This document shows, in pieces, positions 19,497-29,477 of a stretch of 64,000 bases of DNA. A program made the translations under genes and the position numbers. The notes below the pieces were generated by a model. It did no database searches, was not told where the DNA came from, and saw nothing but the letters and a program-made list of their open reading frames with translations. Source of the stretch: an uncultured Flavobacteriaceae bacterium (GTDB lineage: Bacteria; Bacteroidota; Bacteroidia; Flavobacteriales; Flavobacteriaceae); assembly GCA_913062575.1 (NCBI GenBank), contig CAJXVT010000007.1, positions 967-64,966 of the forward strand, in the 5' to 3' direction. The stretch's first letter is position 1. Every line of letters starts with the position of its first letter.

Positions 19497-22400
19497 TTAT
19501 TTTTGAACTATCACTCTACGTATAACTTTTGTTTTAGTTGAGTTGTGAAATTTAATAGTTAAAAAATATACACCATTTTCAAAACTGTTGAGCTCTAATC
19601 TTGTGGCGTTTTCCTTATGAATTAATAACGAGCCTAATATATTGTGTAAACTAACTGTATAATTACTTTTATTTTCTAATTTTATATTAATCGTATTGCT
19701 TGTTGGATTAGGATAAATACTAAACTTCTCACTAGTGTGATCTGAAACATTAAGAACCGTGCCCCATTCAGTTTTAACTCGTGCGCTTTCAAGGTGAGCT
19801 GTACTAAGCCATTTTCTTCTTAAAAATTCATTAACACCAATAATTTGGTTTTCTGTCAACTCTACGTCCCAGATAATCAGCTCTCCGAGCTTCCCTTCCC
19901 ATTCGGGGTTAGTCTCTCGAACATCTTTGATTTTTAGCTCCGTTAAAACGGTAGAAAGAACTATGAAATCCATCGGGTTTGCTGTTGTAAATGGATCAAC
20001 CTGTTTGCCATTAAGATACACCCGTCCATCCAAATTAGTTGAAGGCGTGGGGTCGGCAAAAAGTTGACTAGAATCCGTATGCTTTGGTATGAATTTGTCT
20101 AACCCATAAAATGGAGCGGTTCCGGCAACAGACAATTCATTTTCTTGATAAGCAAGGATAATGGTTCTAAGCCTTCTGTCAAAACCTTCTGAAAGTCTTC
20201 GAAACCAAACAGAACCATAATCTTCTACTCCTAAGCCATTTTGATAATTCCCTAAATAAAGAAACCATTCGCCTTCATTCCATTTACCACCTTCTTTAAA
20301 TAACCAGTCATAAGTCACGCTATTTTCCTTTGGCTCGTCTGTTACTCCATCTGCATCCAAATCAGAGGCATCCATCCAAAATTGAACTCCTGGTATTGTA
20401 CTTGGATCTATAGGAGTAATCTCTTGTAAAGGTTTACGGGCCGCTACATAATAATACCCATCACCTGTTGGTGTAAACGTATTACCATTATGAAGTTCTT
20501 CTCCACTCTTGGATTGATCATACCAAACATACTCATAACCTACCTTAGGGTTAACGATGGATAGCATACCTCCAGTTTCAATAACTTCAGGCGAATCTGG
20601 CATTGTAATAGCAAATCCTTTAGCTTTTGACGCAATAGATGATAACGAAGCTTCATAAGCCTGCACATAATATTGACCTGAGTTTTCTGGCTGAAAACTT
20701 GTACCTTTATGAAGTTTTCCTGTCATATCAAGGTTAGATGCCCAATAGTAAGTGAAATTAGGATTAGGGTTATTTATCTGAACTTGATAATTTCCTAGCT
20801 GACTAATTTCAATTGGTTGTAAAGAAACTGTTACTTCTTTGATTTCTATAATTTCTTCGATAAAACTACTGTTTGCATCCTTTACTTGATATTTATAAAA
20901 TCTTAATGGTAGATTAACTGCTTCAATCTTATTTTCTAATTGTGGCTTTTCATTAAATACAAATTTTGCAAATTCCACTTCCTTTATGGCTAGCCAGCCA
21001 TCACCCCAATTTTCAGTAATGCGTAATCGAAAATATCTATAGGAAGCTGGTTGACTTAACATGAATTCAAACCGTTGTTCTCTTTCAGGAAATTCAAAAT
21101 TACTAATTGTTTCAATATCTATCCAATTAGAATCGTCGTCTGAGCCTTGCAAAACCCATGATTTAGCATCTCTTCCTTTAACATCATCATTTGAGGTAAT
21201 GGAATATGCTTCAATTTCAGTGCTTTTTTCAAAATCAAAACCAATATAATTACTACCATTAAAATTCGCTGCCCACATATTTGTGTAATCAGCACTATTA
21301 TCAAACGCTCTAACTGGTTCATGTTGGTTTGTGTACCCACTTGAAATCACTTGACTTGCGTTTGGACTTGTTTGATCAGTAAATAGTTTTTCGAACCATA
21401 AAACTTCATAGGGTTTCAGGCCTCCACTTAGCTCTAAAGAAATACTACCATTATTCTCATTATTAGATACATGATTGGCAATTGAAAAAACACCTATAGG
21501 GATTGAAACTTCCGAAATCGAGACTTCACGAGTTACTTCACATCCAGTTGCTGTGGAAGTAATTTTTAAACTATAGGTTCCTGCTGAAACTTGAATTGAA
21601 GGTGCAGTTGATCCTGTTGACCAAAGATATTCGATTGCTGCTTCATTTACAGGGCTATTATCTTCTTTGATATTCCATGCAGAAAGATTCCATTGACTAG
21701 CATTGGGGCTACTAATAATATCAAAATCTAATATTGGTTCTTGACCAACCTCTATTTGCTTATTTACACTACACCCATTTACATCAGCAACAGTAAGTGA
21801 ATATGTTCCAGGAGAAAGATCAGTAATTGAACTTGTCTTGACTTGTCCATCAAGGAAAATTTCATACGGTCCGATTCCTCCAGTTGGAGCAACAATTATA
21901 GTTCCATTACCCAAACCAGTACAGTCTGCATTTGTTATTGTTGTAACTACTGAAAGGTTGTAATCACTTACTGCAGCTTGATTAATAGTCCAAATATGCG
22001 ATTGTTTAGGCTCTGGATACAGCTCCTTAAATTTTTCATCATAACGAACAAAATCTGTTTCATCTGTAACTACCAATTCTACCGTATAATCATTACATAC
22101 ACCAAAGGTAACATCAATTGATTCCACATCCTCTTGATACAATACACCATTTACGAACCATTGGTATTTCTGGGTGTTAGGCTCTGGTTTTACAATGTCT
22201 GCTGAAAATGTAATGGTCTCGTTACCATTTACGGTAATCTCTTGTGAAGCAGGCATTGGATTTTCAATTACATTTACATACTGATAAAGCATCGTAACAA
22301 ATCGCTGTAAACATACCGAACACATTTCTTGCCCATAATTATCTCCAAAACCACCGGCGCCCATATAGCAGGATTTTGCTGTAGGTCGATAACTTCCAAA

Positions 22401-23147
22401 ATAACCTGAAATGTTACCTTGGAATAATCCAATATCGTTTGTATAAGTAGCAGTATATGGAGTGGGTAAAGGAAAATCTGGATTAATCCATTTTCTCCAT
22501 GGAATATCATCAATAAAACTCTGACCTGTTAAATTGGGTCCTTCTATTGGAACATAATTACTCCATCCTCCAGGAGTTGTATATTCGTCTGACAATCCAG
22601 CCATGGTGTGATTAAATTCATGAAATACCGTGTGTGGTTCCAGGCCATATAGCTGAGCAAACCCCGTTCTACTTGCTCTATTAACTCCAGCTCCGCCACC
22701 GCCACCGCCTTTAAAAGAGTATAGCATGGTTATCCACCCTCTGTCTTCATTTGTCCATGGTAAAAACAATTCGTCCCTTACCCCATTTGCTGTTTGATAA
22801 AAGCTAGGAATGGTTTCAAAAACTAAAGGGTTAGGAAAATATACACTATACACATTAAAGAAATTACTGTAATGAGAAAACCCACTTTTATTATTTGGAT
22901 TATTTATATCAAAATATGCTAAAAGAGGAGCAATACCAGCATTCAAATCTTCTTTAGTATTATAAGTACTAGTGCCTTCTTTATTAGTAAGGTTGGCAAT
23001 AGCTATACTTATACGATTATCTTTAGGTCCGTTATTAAGTAAAGTATCTACATCAACTGTAGCGGTTATTTCTTTTATTGTTTGACCTTGAGAATTAAAA
23101 CCAACAACCAAAGCAGTTAGTATTGATAAAAAGTATTTTGCTTTCAT
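19497..23147 (-). CDS. T9SS-secreted M64-family metallopeptidase with Ig/SprB, discoidin and LamG-like domains
   Basis: Signal peptide; HEFNHTMAGLSDEY zinc motif; YRPT...CYM and CSVC M64 signatures; GGIGPY/DVNGC SprB repeat; C-terminal IYPNP...GVYFL T9SS CTD. Confidence 0.82.
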   Translation of the reverse strand: MKAKYFLSILTALVVGFNSQGQTIKEITATVDVDTLLNNGPKDNRISIAIANLTNKEGTSTYNTKEDLNAGIAPLLAYFDINNPNNKSGFSHYSNFFNVYSVYFPNPLVFETIPSFYQTANGVRDELFLPWTNEDRGWITMLYSFKGGGGGGAGVNRASRTGFAQLYGLEPHTVFHEFNHTMAGLSDEYTTPGGWSNYVPIEGPNLTGQSFIDDIPWRKWINPDFPLPTPYTATYTNDIGLFQGNISGYFGSYRPTAKSCYMGAGGFGDNYGQEMCSVCLQRFVTMLYQYVNVIENPMPASQEITVNGNETITFSADIVKPEPNTQKYQWFVNGVLYQEDVESIDVTFGVCNDYTVELVVTDETDFVRYDEKFKELYPEPKQSHIWTINQAAVSDYNLSVVTTITNADCTGLGNGTIIVAPTGGIGPYEIFLDGQVKTSSITDLSPGTYSLTVADVNGCSVNKQIEVGQEPILDFDIISSPNASQWNLSAWNIKEDNSPVNEAAIEYLWSTGSTAPSIQVSAGTYSLKITSTATGCEVTREVSISEVSIPIGVFSIANHVSNNENNGSISLELSGGLKPYEVLWFEKLFTDQTSPNASQVISSGYTNQHEPVRAFDNSADYTNMWAANFNGSNYIGFDFEKSTEIEAYSITSNDDVKGRDAKSWVLQGSDDDSNWIDIETISNFEFPEREQRFEFMLSQPASYRYFRLRITENWGDGWLAIKEVEFAKFVFNEKPQLENKIEAVNLPLRFYKYQVKDANSSFIEEIIEIKEVTVSLQPIEISQLGNYQVQINNPNPNFTYYWASNLDMTGKLHKGTSFQPENSGQYYVQAYEASLSSIASKAKGFAITMPDSPEVIETGGMLSIVNPKVGYEYVWYDQSKSGEELHNGNTFTPTGDGYYYVAARKPLQEITPIDPSTIPGVQFWMDASDLDADGVTDEPKENSVTYDWLFKEGGKWNEGEWFLYLGNYQNGLGVEDYGSVWFRRLSEGFDRRLRTIILAYQENELSVAGTAPFYGLDKFIPKHTDSSQLFADPTPSTNLDGRVYLNGKQVDPFTTANPMDFIVLSTVLTELKIKDVRETNPEWEGKLGELIIWDVELTENQIIGVNEFLRRKWLSTAHLESARVKTEWGTVLNVSDHTSEKFSIYPNPTSNTINIKLENKSNYTVSLHNILGSLLIHKENATRLELNSFENGVYFLTIKFHNSTKTKVIRRVIVQK

Positions 23148-23447
23148 AATTTTTATTTGAACATTAAATTATTTAGTGCTGTCTATTTTTTGAACCCTAA
23201 AAAGGTGCCGTTTAAAATCTATGAGATTTAAAAAAAAGAAATACTCATGCAATGATGTAAGTAAAGGTTGGGGGATCATAATTATGTTTTGTTAGATTAG
23301 TTAAGTAAATATACCTTATTATGATAAAACTAAAGGGTTTTCACATGTGACAAAATCTAGCAAACACTTAAAAAGAAGAACTTTGCTATATACTTCTTTG
23401 TTTTTATGTTATTGTTATATTTGTGAAACGTCAATTTCAACTGCCCT

Positions 23448-25079
23448 ATGAAATGTTATTCTTCCCTCTTATTTTTTATATTATTTTTCATATCAATATT
23501 AAATTCACATACTGCTCTTGCTCAAGATTCTAAGAATACTTTACTAGTTCAACAAAAAATAGATTCTGCAAATTTTTATCTAAAATCTAATATTGAAAAA
23601 GCTAGAGTTTTGTTTACAGATGTATTAAACTTAGCTGAAACTTTAGAAAATGAACGCTTAAAAGCATCCATTTATGGGCGCTTGGGTACATTAGAACGAA
23701 TGAAATCTAATCATGTTCAAGCCTTAGAGTTTCATTTAAAATCATTGAAAATTCATGAAAAACATAATGACTCCTTAAAAATTGCTGAAAACTACCATAG
23801 TATTGGAATTGTTATGCGTTATCAAATACAATATGATGAGTCTGCCAATTATTTAAAAAAAGCGATTGCTCTAAGAGTACAATTAAATGATACTTTAGGT
23901 TTGGCAGGAAGTCATTCTATGTTAGGGGTAATTTATAGAAGACAAAAAAAGTATAATGATGCGGAAAAAGAATATTTACTGGCGTTAAAACTATTTACTT
24001 TACTCAATAATAAAGAAGAAATTTTAGGTGTAAAAGGTAACTTGGCAAGCTTGTATTATTATCAAAAAAAATACGCAAAGTCCAATGAAGTAAATTTAGA
24101 GAGCTTAATATATTTAAAAGAAGTAGATAATAAATCTTCACTTGCTACGAGATATGCCAACATTGCAAGAGGGTATCAAAAACTAAAAGAATATAAGACA
24201 TCTATCAAATACTTTGATTCTGTAATAACTATTTCAAAAGAGCAAGGTTATATAAGGCAGCTTTCTTTGAGTCATAATGGACGAAGTCGAATTTATTATT
24301 ATTTAAAAGATTATAAAAATGCTTTAAGTGATTATAGAGCTTATAAAAACACAAATGACTCTGTTTTTAGTAGTAGAAAAACACGGGAAATTACGACGTT
24401 GCTATTAAATAAAGAATTTGAAAACCAACGAGTTATTGACAGTATTCAATTTTCTTCAAAAGAGAAGAATTTACAATTGATTGCTGAATCCGAGAAAAAC
24501 AAAACGAAATTTTATTCATTATTGCTTCTTCTTTTTCTTTTAATTGGGGTTGCCCTTTTTTATGTTTTAAAACATAAGAGAAAGATTGTTGAAACTAGGC
24601 TAGAAAATAAAGAGTTACTAGCTCAAGTTCTTGAGCAAAAATTAAAAATTAATAGAAGTGAATCAGAACGAATTATTAATGAAAAAGCAATTAACCTCTC
24701 TAATAAAAAAAACCTTTTTTCATTTATTACTAAGTTGTTAAAAAAAGGGGATACTTCTTCTATATTTAATGATTTAAATGCACTTACTATAGAATTGAAT
24801 AATCAAATTAATAAAGAGTCTAGTCAATCTGTTTTAGACAAAGACTTTGATAATCTTCATGTTCGATTTGAGAAAAAACTAATAGAATTGTATCCTGCAC
24901 TTACAAAAACTGAACGAGAAATTTGTAGCTTAATACTTGCTAATAAATCAATAAAGGATATTATTAGTATTAGAGGTGTAACTTCAGCCTCGGTTCAATC
25001 TATTCGATATCGAATTAGAAAAAAATTAAACCTTAAAAAGGGTCAAGAATTACAACAGTTCCTTAAAGAACTATCGTAA
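23448..25079 (+). CDS. TPR-repeat membrane sensor with C-terminal LuxR-type HTH
   Basis: Signal peptide, multiple TPRs, TM helix (FYSLLLLLFLLIGVALF), LTKTEREIC...RYRIRKKL HTH. Confidence 0.85.
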   Translation: MKCYSSLLFFILFFISILNSHTALAQDSKNTLLVQQKIDSANFYLKSNIEKARVLFTDVLNLAETLENERLKASIYGRLGTLERMKSNHVQALEFHLKSLKIHEKHNDSLKIAENYHSIGIVMRYQIQYDESANYLKKAIALRVQLNDTLGLAGSHSMLGVIYRRQKKYNDAEKEYLLALKLFTLLNNKEEILGVKGNLASLYYYQKKYAKSNEVNLESLIYLKEVDNKSSLATRYANIARGYQKLKEYKTSIKYFDSVITISKEQGYIRQLSLSHNGRSRIYYYLKDYKNALSDYRAYKNTNDSVFSSRKTREITTLLLNKEFENQRVIDSIQFSSKEKNLQLIAESEKNKTKFYSLLLLLFLLIGVALFYVLKHKRKIVETRLENKELLAQVLEQKLKINRSESERIINEKAINLSNKKNLFSFITKLLKKGDTSSIFNDLNALTIELNNQINKESSQSVLDKDFDNLHVRFEKKLIELYPALTKTEREICSLILANKSIKDIISIRGVTSASVQSIRYRIRKKLNLKKGQELQQFLKELS

Positions 25080-25113
25080 TTTCTTTATTGTGATAGCTAA
25101 AAAACAGAATCAA

Positions 25114-26223
25114 TTACATCACTTCAAACAACTTTCCGGGTAAAGGCTTTACTAGGTTTTTCATTTCTAATTGTAATAATAAAGAAGCCAATTTATAGGT
25201 TGGAATTTGACATTCAATAGCGATAACATCTAGCAATTGCTTCCCGTTTTCAAATAAGTAATCATACACTTTTTGTTCTTGATTATTCAACTCGGTAAAC
25301 AATTGTTGTTGCAAGGGTTTAGAGTTCTTCGACTTTGACAAATCCCAATTCAACATTTTAGCGATGTCTTCAGCAGAAGTTATTACTCCCGCTTTATTGG
25401 TTTTTATTAATTGGTTACATCCTTTGCTAAATAAATCGGTAGTTCTTCCAGGAATTGCAAAAACATCTCTACTATAAGAATTGGCAATATCTGCAGTAAC
25501 TAAAGAACCTCCTTTTTCTGCGGATTCTATAATAATTGTTGCTTGAGAAATTCCAGCTACAATTCTATTTCGTTTTAAAAAATTTTCTCTAAGTGGGTTT
25601 TCATCATGCCAAAACTCAGTAATAAAACCACCGTTTTTATGTACTTGATTGATATATTTCTTGTGCACTTTAGGGTAAATCTGATCAAACCCATGTGCCA
25701 AAACAGCAATTGTCTGAAGTTCATTTTTCACAGCTTCTTTATGCGCACAAATGTCAACTCCATAAGCGAAACCACTTACAATGATTGGGTTGTGTGATTT
25801 TAAACCTTGAATTAATTCTTGACAAATACCACGTCCATAAGAGGTCATATTTCGAGTGCCAACTATACTTATAATTCTATCATTATTTAGATCCATATTT
25901 CCATCTTTAAAAAATAGAATTGGAGCATCAATACACTGTTGCAAATTGATTGGGTAGTCATTATCTAAGAAATAAGAAAAGGCAATATTGTTTTGCTCAA
26001 TATATTCCATTTCTAATTCGGCTAGCTCTAGGTTTTTTTTATTGAATAATTGATTGGTAACATTCCTTCCTATTCCATTTATTTTCAACAAGTTTGAAGG
26101 TTTCTCTTTGAAGATTTGAGCAACATCTCCTGTAGCAACAATGAGTTTTTTTGCTAAAACATCGCCTACGGCTTTTGTCTTTTGCAAACGCAAAATGGCA
26201 AGTAATTTTTCTTTTTTCAACAC
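25114..26223 (-). CDS. dprA: DNA-processing protein DprA
   Basis: IVGTR, IVSGFAYGVD, FLKRNRIVAG, GGSLVTA, C-terminal LLQLEM wHTH. Confidence 0.95.
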   Translation of the reverse strand: MLKKEKLLAILRLQKTKAVGDVLAKKLIVATGDVAQIFKEKPSNLLKINGIGRNVTNQLFNKKNLELAELEMEYIEQNNIAFSYFLDNDYPINLQQCIDAPILFFKDGNMDLNNDRIISIVGTRNMTSYGRGICQELIQGLKSHNPIIVSGFAYGVDICAHKEAVKNELQTIAVLAHGFDQIYPKVHKKYINQVHKNGGFITEFWHDENPLRENFLKRNRIVAGISQATIIIESAEKGGSLVTADIANSYSRDVFAIPGRTTDLFSKGCNQLIKTNKAGVITSAEDIAKMLNWDLSKSKNSKPLQQQLFTELNNQEQKVYDYLFENGKQLLDVIAIECQIPTYKLASLLLQLEMKNLVKPLPGKLFEVM

Positions 26224-26316
26224 GCAATAATTTGATACTCAATGTACAACAAATTTTTGTTGATAAGTTTCTAATTACATTCGGATTTTTTCCAAAATAA
26301 TACTAACTTTGTTATT

Positions 26317-27225
26317 ATGACTTTAAGCAACTACATTAACGATTTATTATACAGATACGATTGCGTAATTGTTCCGAATTTTGGAGGATTTGTAACCAAT
26401 GCTATTTCTGCAAAAGTGAATCACTTTTCACATACATTTTATCCACCAACAAAGCAGATTACATTCAATTCGCTTTTGAAAAATAATGACGGATTATTGG
26501 CAAACTACATTGCTTCATCAGAAAATATTTCTTTTGAAAAAGCTGTAGAAAAAATTGCTACTATTGTTACTGACTGGAATACACAATTAAAAAATGAGTC
26601 TGTACTTATTGGTAAAATTGGTAGCATCTCTTTAAATAAAGAGCAACAAATTACTTTTGAACCAAATGCTACTACCAATTACTTAACAGAAACGTTTGGG
26701 ATGAGTGCTGTGAGCTCTCCTGCTGTAAAACGCTTAGCATACAATAAACAAGCTGAAAATATTATACCTGTTATTGCTAATAAAAAATCATCAGGGTTTT
26801 TAAAATATGCCGCTGCAGCAGCAATAGTATTAACTGTTGGTGCATTTGGTTGGAATGGTTACCAAACCAATCAATTAAAAGACCAATATGCGAAACAACA
26901 ATTAGATGTTGAGAAGAAAATACAATCTGCAACTTTTGTTATTGGCAATCCATTACCTACAATTCAGCTAAATATAGCTAAAGAAGCACCTAAAAACTTT
27001 CATGTTATTGCTGGTGCATTTGAGTTTCCAAAAAATGCTATCAAAAAACTAAAGCAATTAAAAGCCAAAGGTTTTGATGCAGAAATTATAGGGATCAATA
27101 AATATGGACTTACTCAGGTAACATATTCAAGTTTTAAAACTAGAGCTGAAGCTTTTAAAAACTTAAGTAAAATTAGAATCAATCATTCTGATGACGCCTG
27201 GTTATTAGTGAAGAAATTACAATAA
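26317..27225 (+). CDS. HU-CCDC81 / SPOR domain protein
   Basis: YDCVIVPNFGGF, NNDGLLANY; TM helix; C-terminal FHVIAGAF...DAWLL SPOR domain. Confidence 0.85.
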   Translation: MTLSNYINDLLYRYDCVIVPNFGGFVTNAISAKVNHFSHTFYPPTKQITFNSLLKNNDGLLANYIASSENISFEKAVEKIATIVTDWNTQLKNESVLIGKIGSISLNKEQQITFEPNATTNYLTETFGMSAVSSPAVKRLAYNKQAENIIPVIANKKSSGFLKYAAAAAIVLTVGAFGWNGYQTNQLKDQYAKQQLDVEKKIQSATFVIGNPLPTIQLNIAKEAPKNFHVIAGAFEFPKNAIKKLKQLKAKGFDAEIIGINKYGLTQVTYSSFKTRAEAFKNLSKIRINHSDDAWLLVKKLQ

Positions 27226-27307
27226 TTTTCAATTTTTAATACGAATACCTCAATAACATTAATTTGTTATTGCTTATCTTTGCGAATAATTTAAAAATTC
27301 AATTCCG

Positions 27308-27817
27308 ATGAGCCCAAAAACTCCAAAAGAATCTGTAACAATTTTAACCGATTTGGTTTTACCTGCAGAAACAAATCCTTTGAATAATTTATTTGGTGGT
27401 GAATTACTGGCAAGAATGGATAGAGCTTGTAGCATTGCTGCTCGTCGTCATTCTAGAAGAATTGTTGTTACTGCTTCTGTAAATCATGTTTCTTTTGCAA
27501 AAGCTGTTCCTGTTGGTAGTGTTGTAACTGTAGAGGCAAAGGTTTCTCGTGCATTTAAATCTTCTATGGAAGTGTATGTTGATGTTTGGATTGAAGATAG
27601 AGAATCTGGTTTAAGAACTAGAGCCAATGAAGGCATCTATACATTTGTTGCTGTAGATGAAACTGGAAGCCCTGTTCCTGTGGCTCAAATTATTCCAGAA
27701 ACAGACGTAGAAATAGAACGTTTTGATGGTGCTCTACGCAGAAAACAATTAAGCTTAATTTTATCTGGTAAAATGAGTCCAGATGACGCCACAGAGTTAA
27801 AGGCCTTGTTTAATTAA
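27308..27817 (+). CDS. Acyl-CoA thioesterase (hotdog fold)
   Basis: TNPLNNLFGGELLARMD, VVTASV, TFVAVD. Confidence 0.92.
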   Translation: MSPKTPKESVTILTDLVLPAETNPLNNLFGGELLARMDRACSIAARRHSRRIVVTASVNHVSFAKAVPVGSVVTVEAKVSRAFKSSMEVYVDVWIEDRESGLRTRANEGIYTFVAVDETGSPVPVAQIIPETDVEIERFDGALRRKQLSLILSGKMSPDDATELKALFN

Positions 27818-27887
27818 CAACCCATTTTACTTTTTCTTCTAAGAATTAAGATTGTATATTAGCTAGACTAATACTTTCTTTATTTTT

Positions 27888-29477
27888 ATGATTCAATCTT
27901 ACAAGAAAAATCCAACCTTAGCTAATTCTTACGATGCCATTATTATTGGTTCTGGAATGGGAAGCTTAACTGCAGCTGCAATTTTATCAAAAGAAGGACA
28001 GAAAGTTCTTGTACTTGAAAAACACTATACAGCTGGTGGATTTACACATGTTTTTAAAAGAAAAGGGTATGAATGGGATGTAGGAATTCATTATATAGGT
28101 GATGTTCAAAGACCAACTTCTGTTGTAAAAAAAGTATTCGATTATGTTACAAATGCCCAATTAAAATGGGCAGATATGGGAACTGTATATGATACTATTA
28201 TCATTGGAGAAAAAGCCTATGATTTTGTAAAGGGGACCACCAATTTTAAAGAAAAATTGTACGAGTATTTCCATGATGAAAAAGAAGCTATTGACAACTA
28301 TGTAAGTTTAGTTTTTGAAGCCACAAAAGCAAGTCAAAGTTATTATATGGAAAAGGCTGTTCCAAAAATAGTAAGTACGCTATTTGGAAATAAAATGCGG
28401 AAACCTTTTTTAAAATTTTCTGATAAAACCACACATGAGGTTTTAAGTTCTATCACACAGAACAAAGAATTAATAAAAGTGCTTTCTGGGCAGTATGGAG
28501 ATTATGGTTTACCTCCAAAACAAAGTAGTTTTACCATGCATGCTTCTGTTGCTAGGCACTATTTTGACGGAGCTAGTTTTCCTGTTGGAGGCTCTTCTCA
28601 AATTACTAAAACCACAGATAAAGTTATAGAAAAAGCAGGCGGAACTATATTGATTAGTGCTGCCGTTGATGAAGTAATTATTGAAAATAATAAGGCTGTT
28701 GGTGTAAAAATGGCTGATGGAAAAGTTTTTAATGCAAAAAACATTATTAGTGGTACAGGAATCATTACAACTTATAAAAAACTTTTACCTCAAACCTCTG
28801 TAGTAAAACACAAACTCAATAAACAATTAGAAAAGGTGAAGCCTTCTGTTTCTCATGCTTGTTTATACATTGGCTTAAATGGCTCTCCAAAAGAATTAAA
28901 ACTACCCAAAACAAACCTTTGGATCTATCCTGAGGATTTAGATCATGATGCATCTGTAGATAGATATTTAAAAGACATTGATAGCCCATTTCCTGTTGTT
29001 TATGTTTCGTTTCCATCAGCAAAAGACCCTGATTGGCCGAATAGATATCCAGGAAAAAGCACCATTGATATTATCACTTTATTACCGTACGAAATATTTA
29101 AAAATTGGGAAGGCAGCAAATGGATGAAACGTGGTGAAGATTACGAGAGTTTTAAAGAAAAAATAGCTCAACGTTTATTAGAAGAACTGTACAAACAAAT
29201 TCCGCAAGTAAAAGGAAAAATTGATTGTTACGAGCTTTCAACTCCTTTAACAACTCAGCATTTTGTGAATTATGAAAAAGGAGAAATCTATGGATTAGAT
29301 CATACACCTAAACGATTTAGACAACGCTTTTTACAACCAAGAACTCCAATTAAAAACTTCTATTTAACGGGACAAGATATTGTTTCTGCAGGCGTAGCGG
29401 CAGCTTTGTTTTCTGGTGTATTAACCTCGGCTGTAATTACTCGTAAAAATGTGCTGAAAAAGATTATGAAAAACTAA
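27888..29477 (+). CDS. Phytoene desaturase / all-trans-retinol 13,14-reductase-like FAD oxidoreductase
   Basis: IIGSGMGSL, LEKHYTAGGFTH, WDVGIHYIG, SFPSAKDP, STPLT, YLTGQD. Confidence 0.85.
   Translation: MIQSYKKNPTLANSYDAIIIGSGMGSLTAAAILSKEGQKVLVLEKHYTAGGFTHVFKRKGYEWDVGIHYIGDVQRPTSVVKKVFDYVTNAQLKWADMGTVYDTIIIGEKAYDFVKGTTNFKEKLYEYFHDEKEAIDNYVSLVFEATKASQSYYMEKAVPKIVSTLFGNKMRKPFLKFSDKTTHEVLSSITQNKELIKVLSGQYGDYGLPPKQSSFTMHASVARHYFDGASFPVGGSSQITKTTDKVIEKAGGTILISAAVDEVIIENNKAVGVKMADGKVFNAKNIISGTGIITTYKKLLPQTSVVKHKLNKQLEKVKPSVSHACLYIGLNGSPKELKLPKTNLWIYPEDLDHDASVDRYLKDIDSPFPVVYVSFPSAKDPDWPNRYPGKSTIDIITLLPYEIFKNWEGSKWMKRGEDYESFKEKIAQRLLEELYKQIPQVKGKIDCYELSTPLTTQHFVNYEKGEIYGLDHTPKRFRQRFLQPRTPIKNFYLTGQDIVSAGVAAALFSGVLTSAVITRKNVLKKIMKN

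Noticed and set aside
22693-22710. GC-rich CCGCCA repeat in the M64 gene
   Set aside because: It simply encodes a poly-Gly loop (GGGGGGAG) before the active-site helix.
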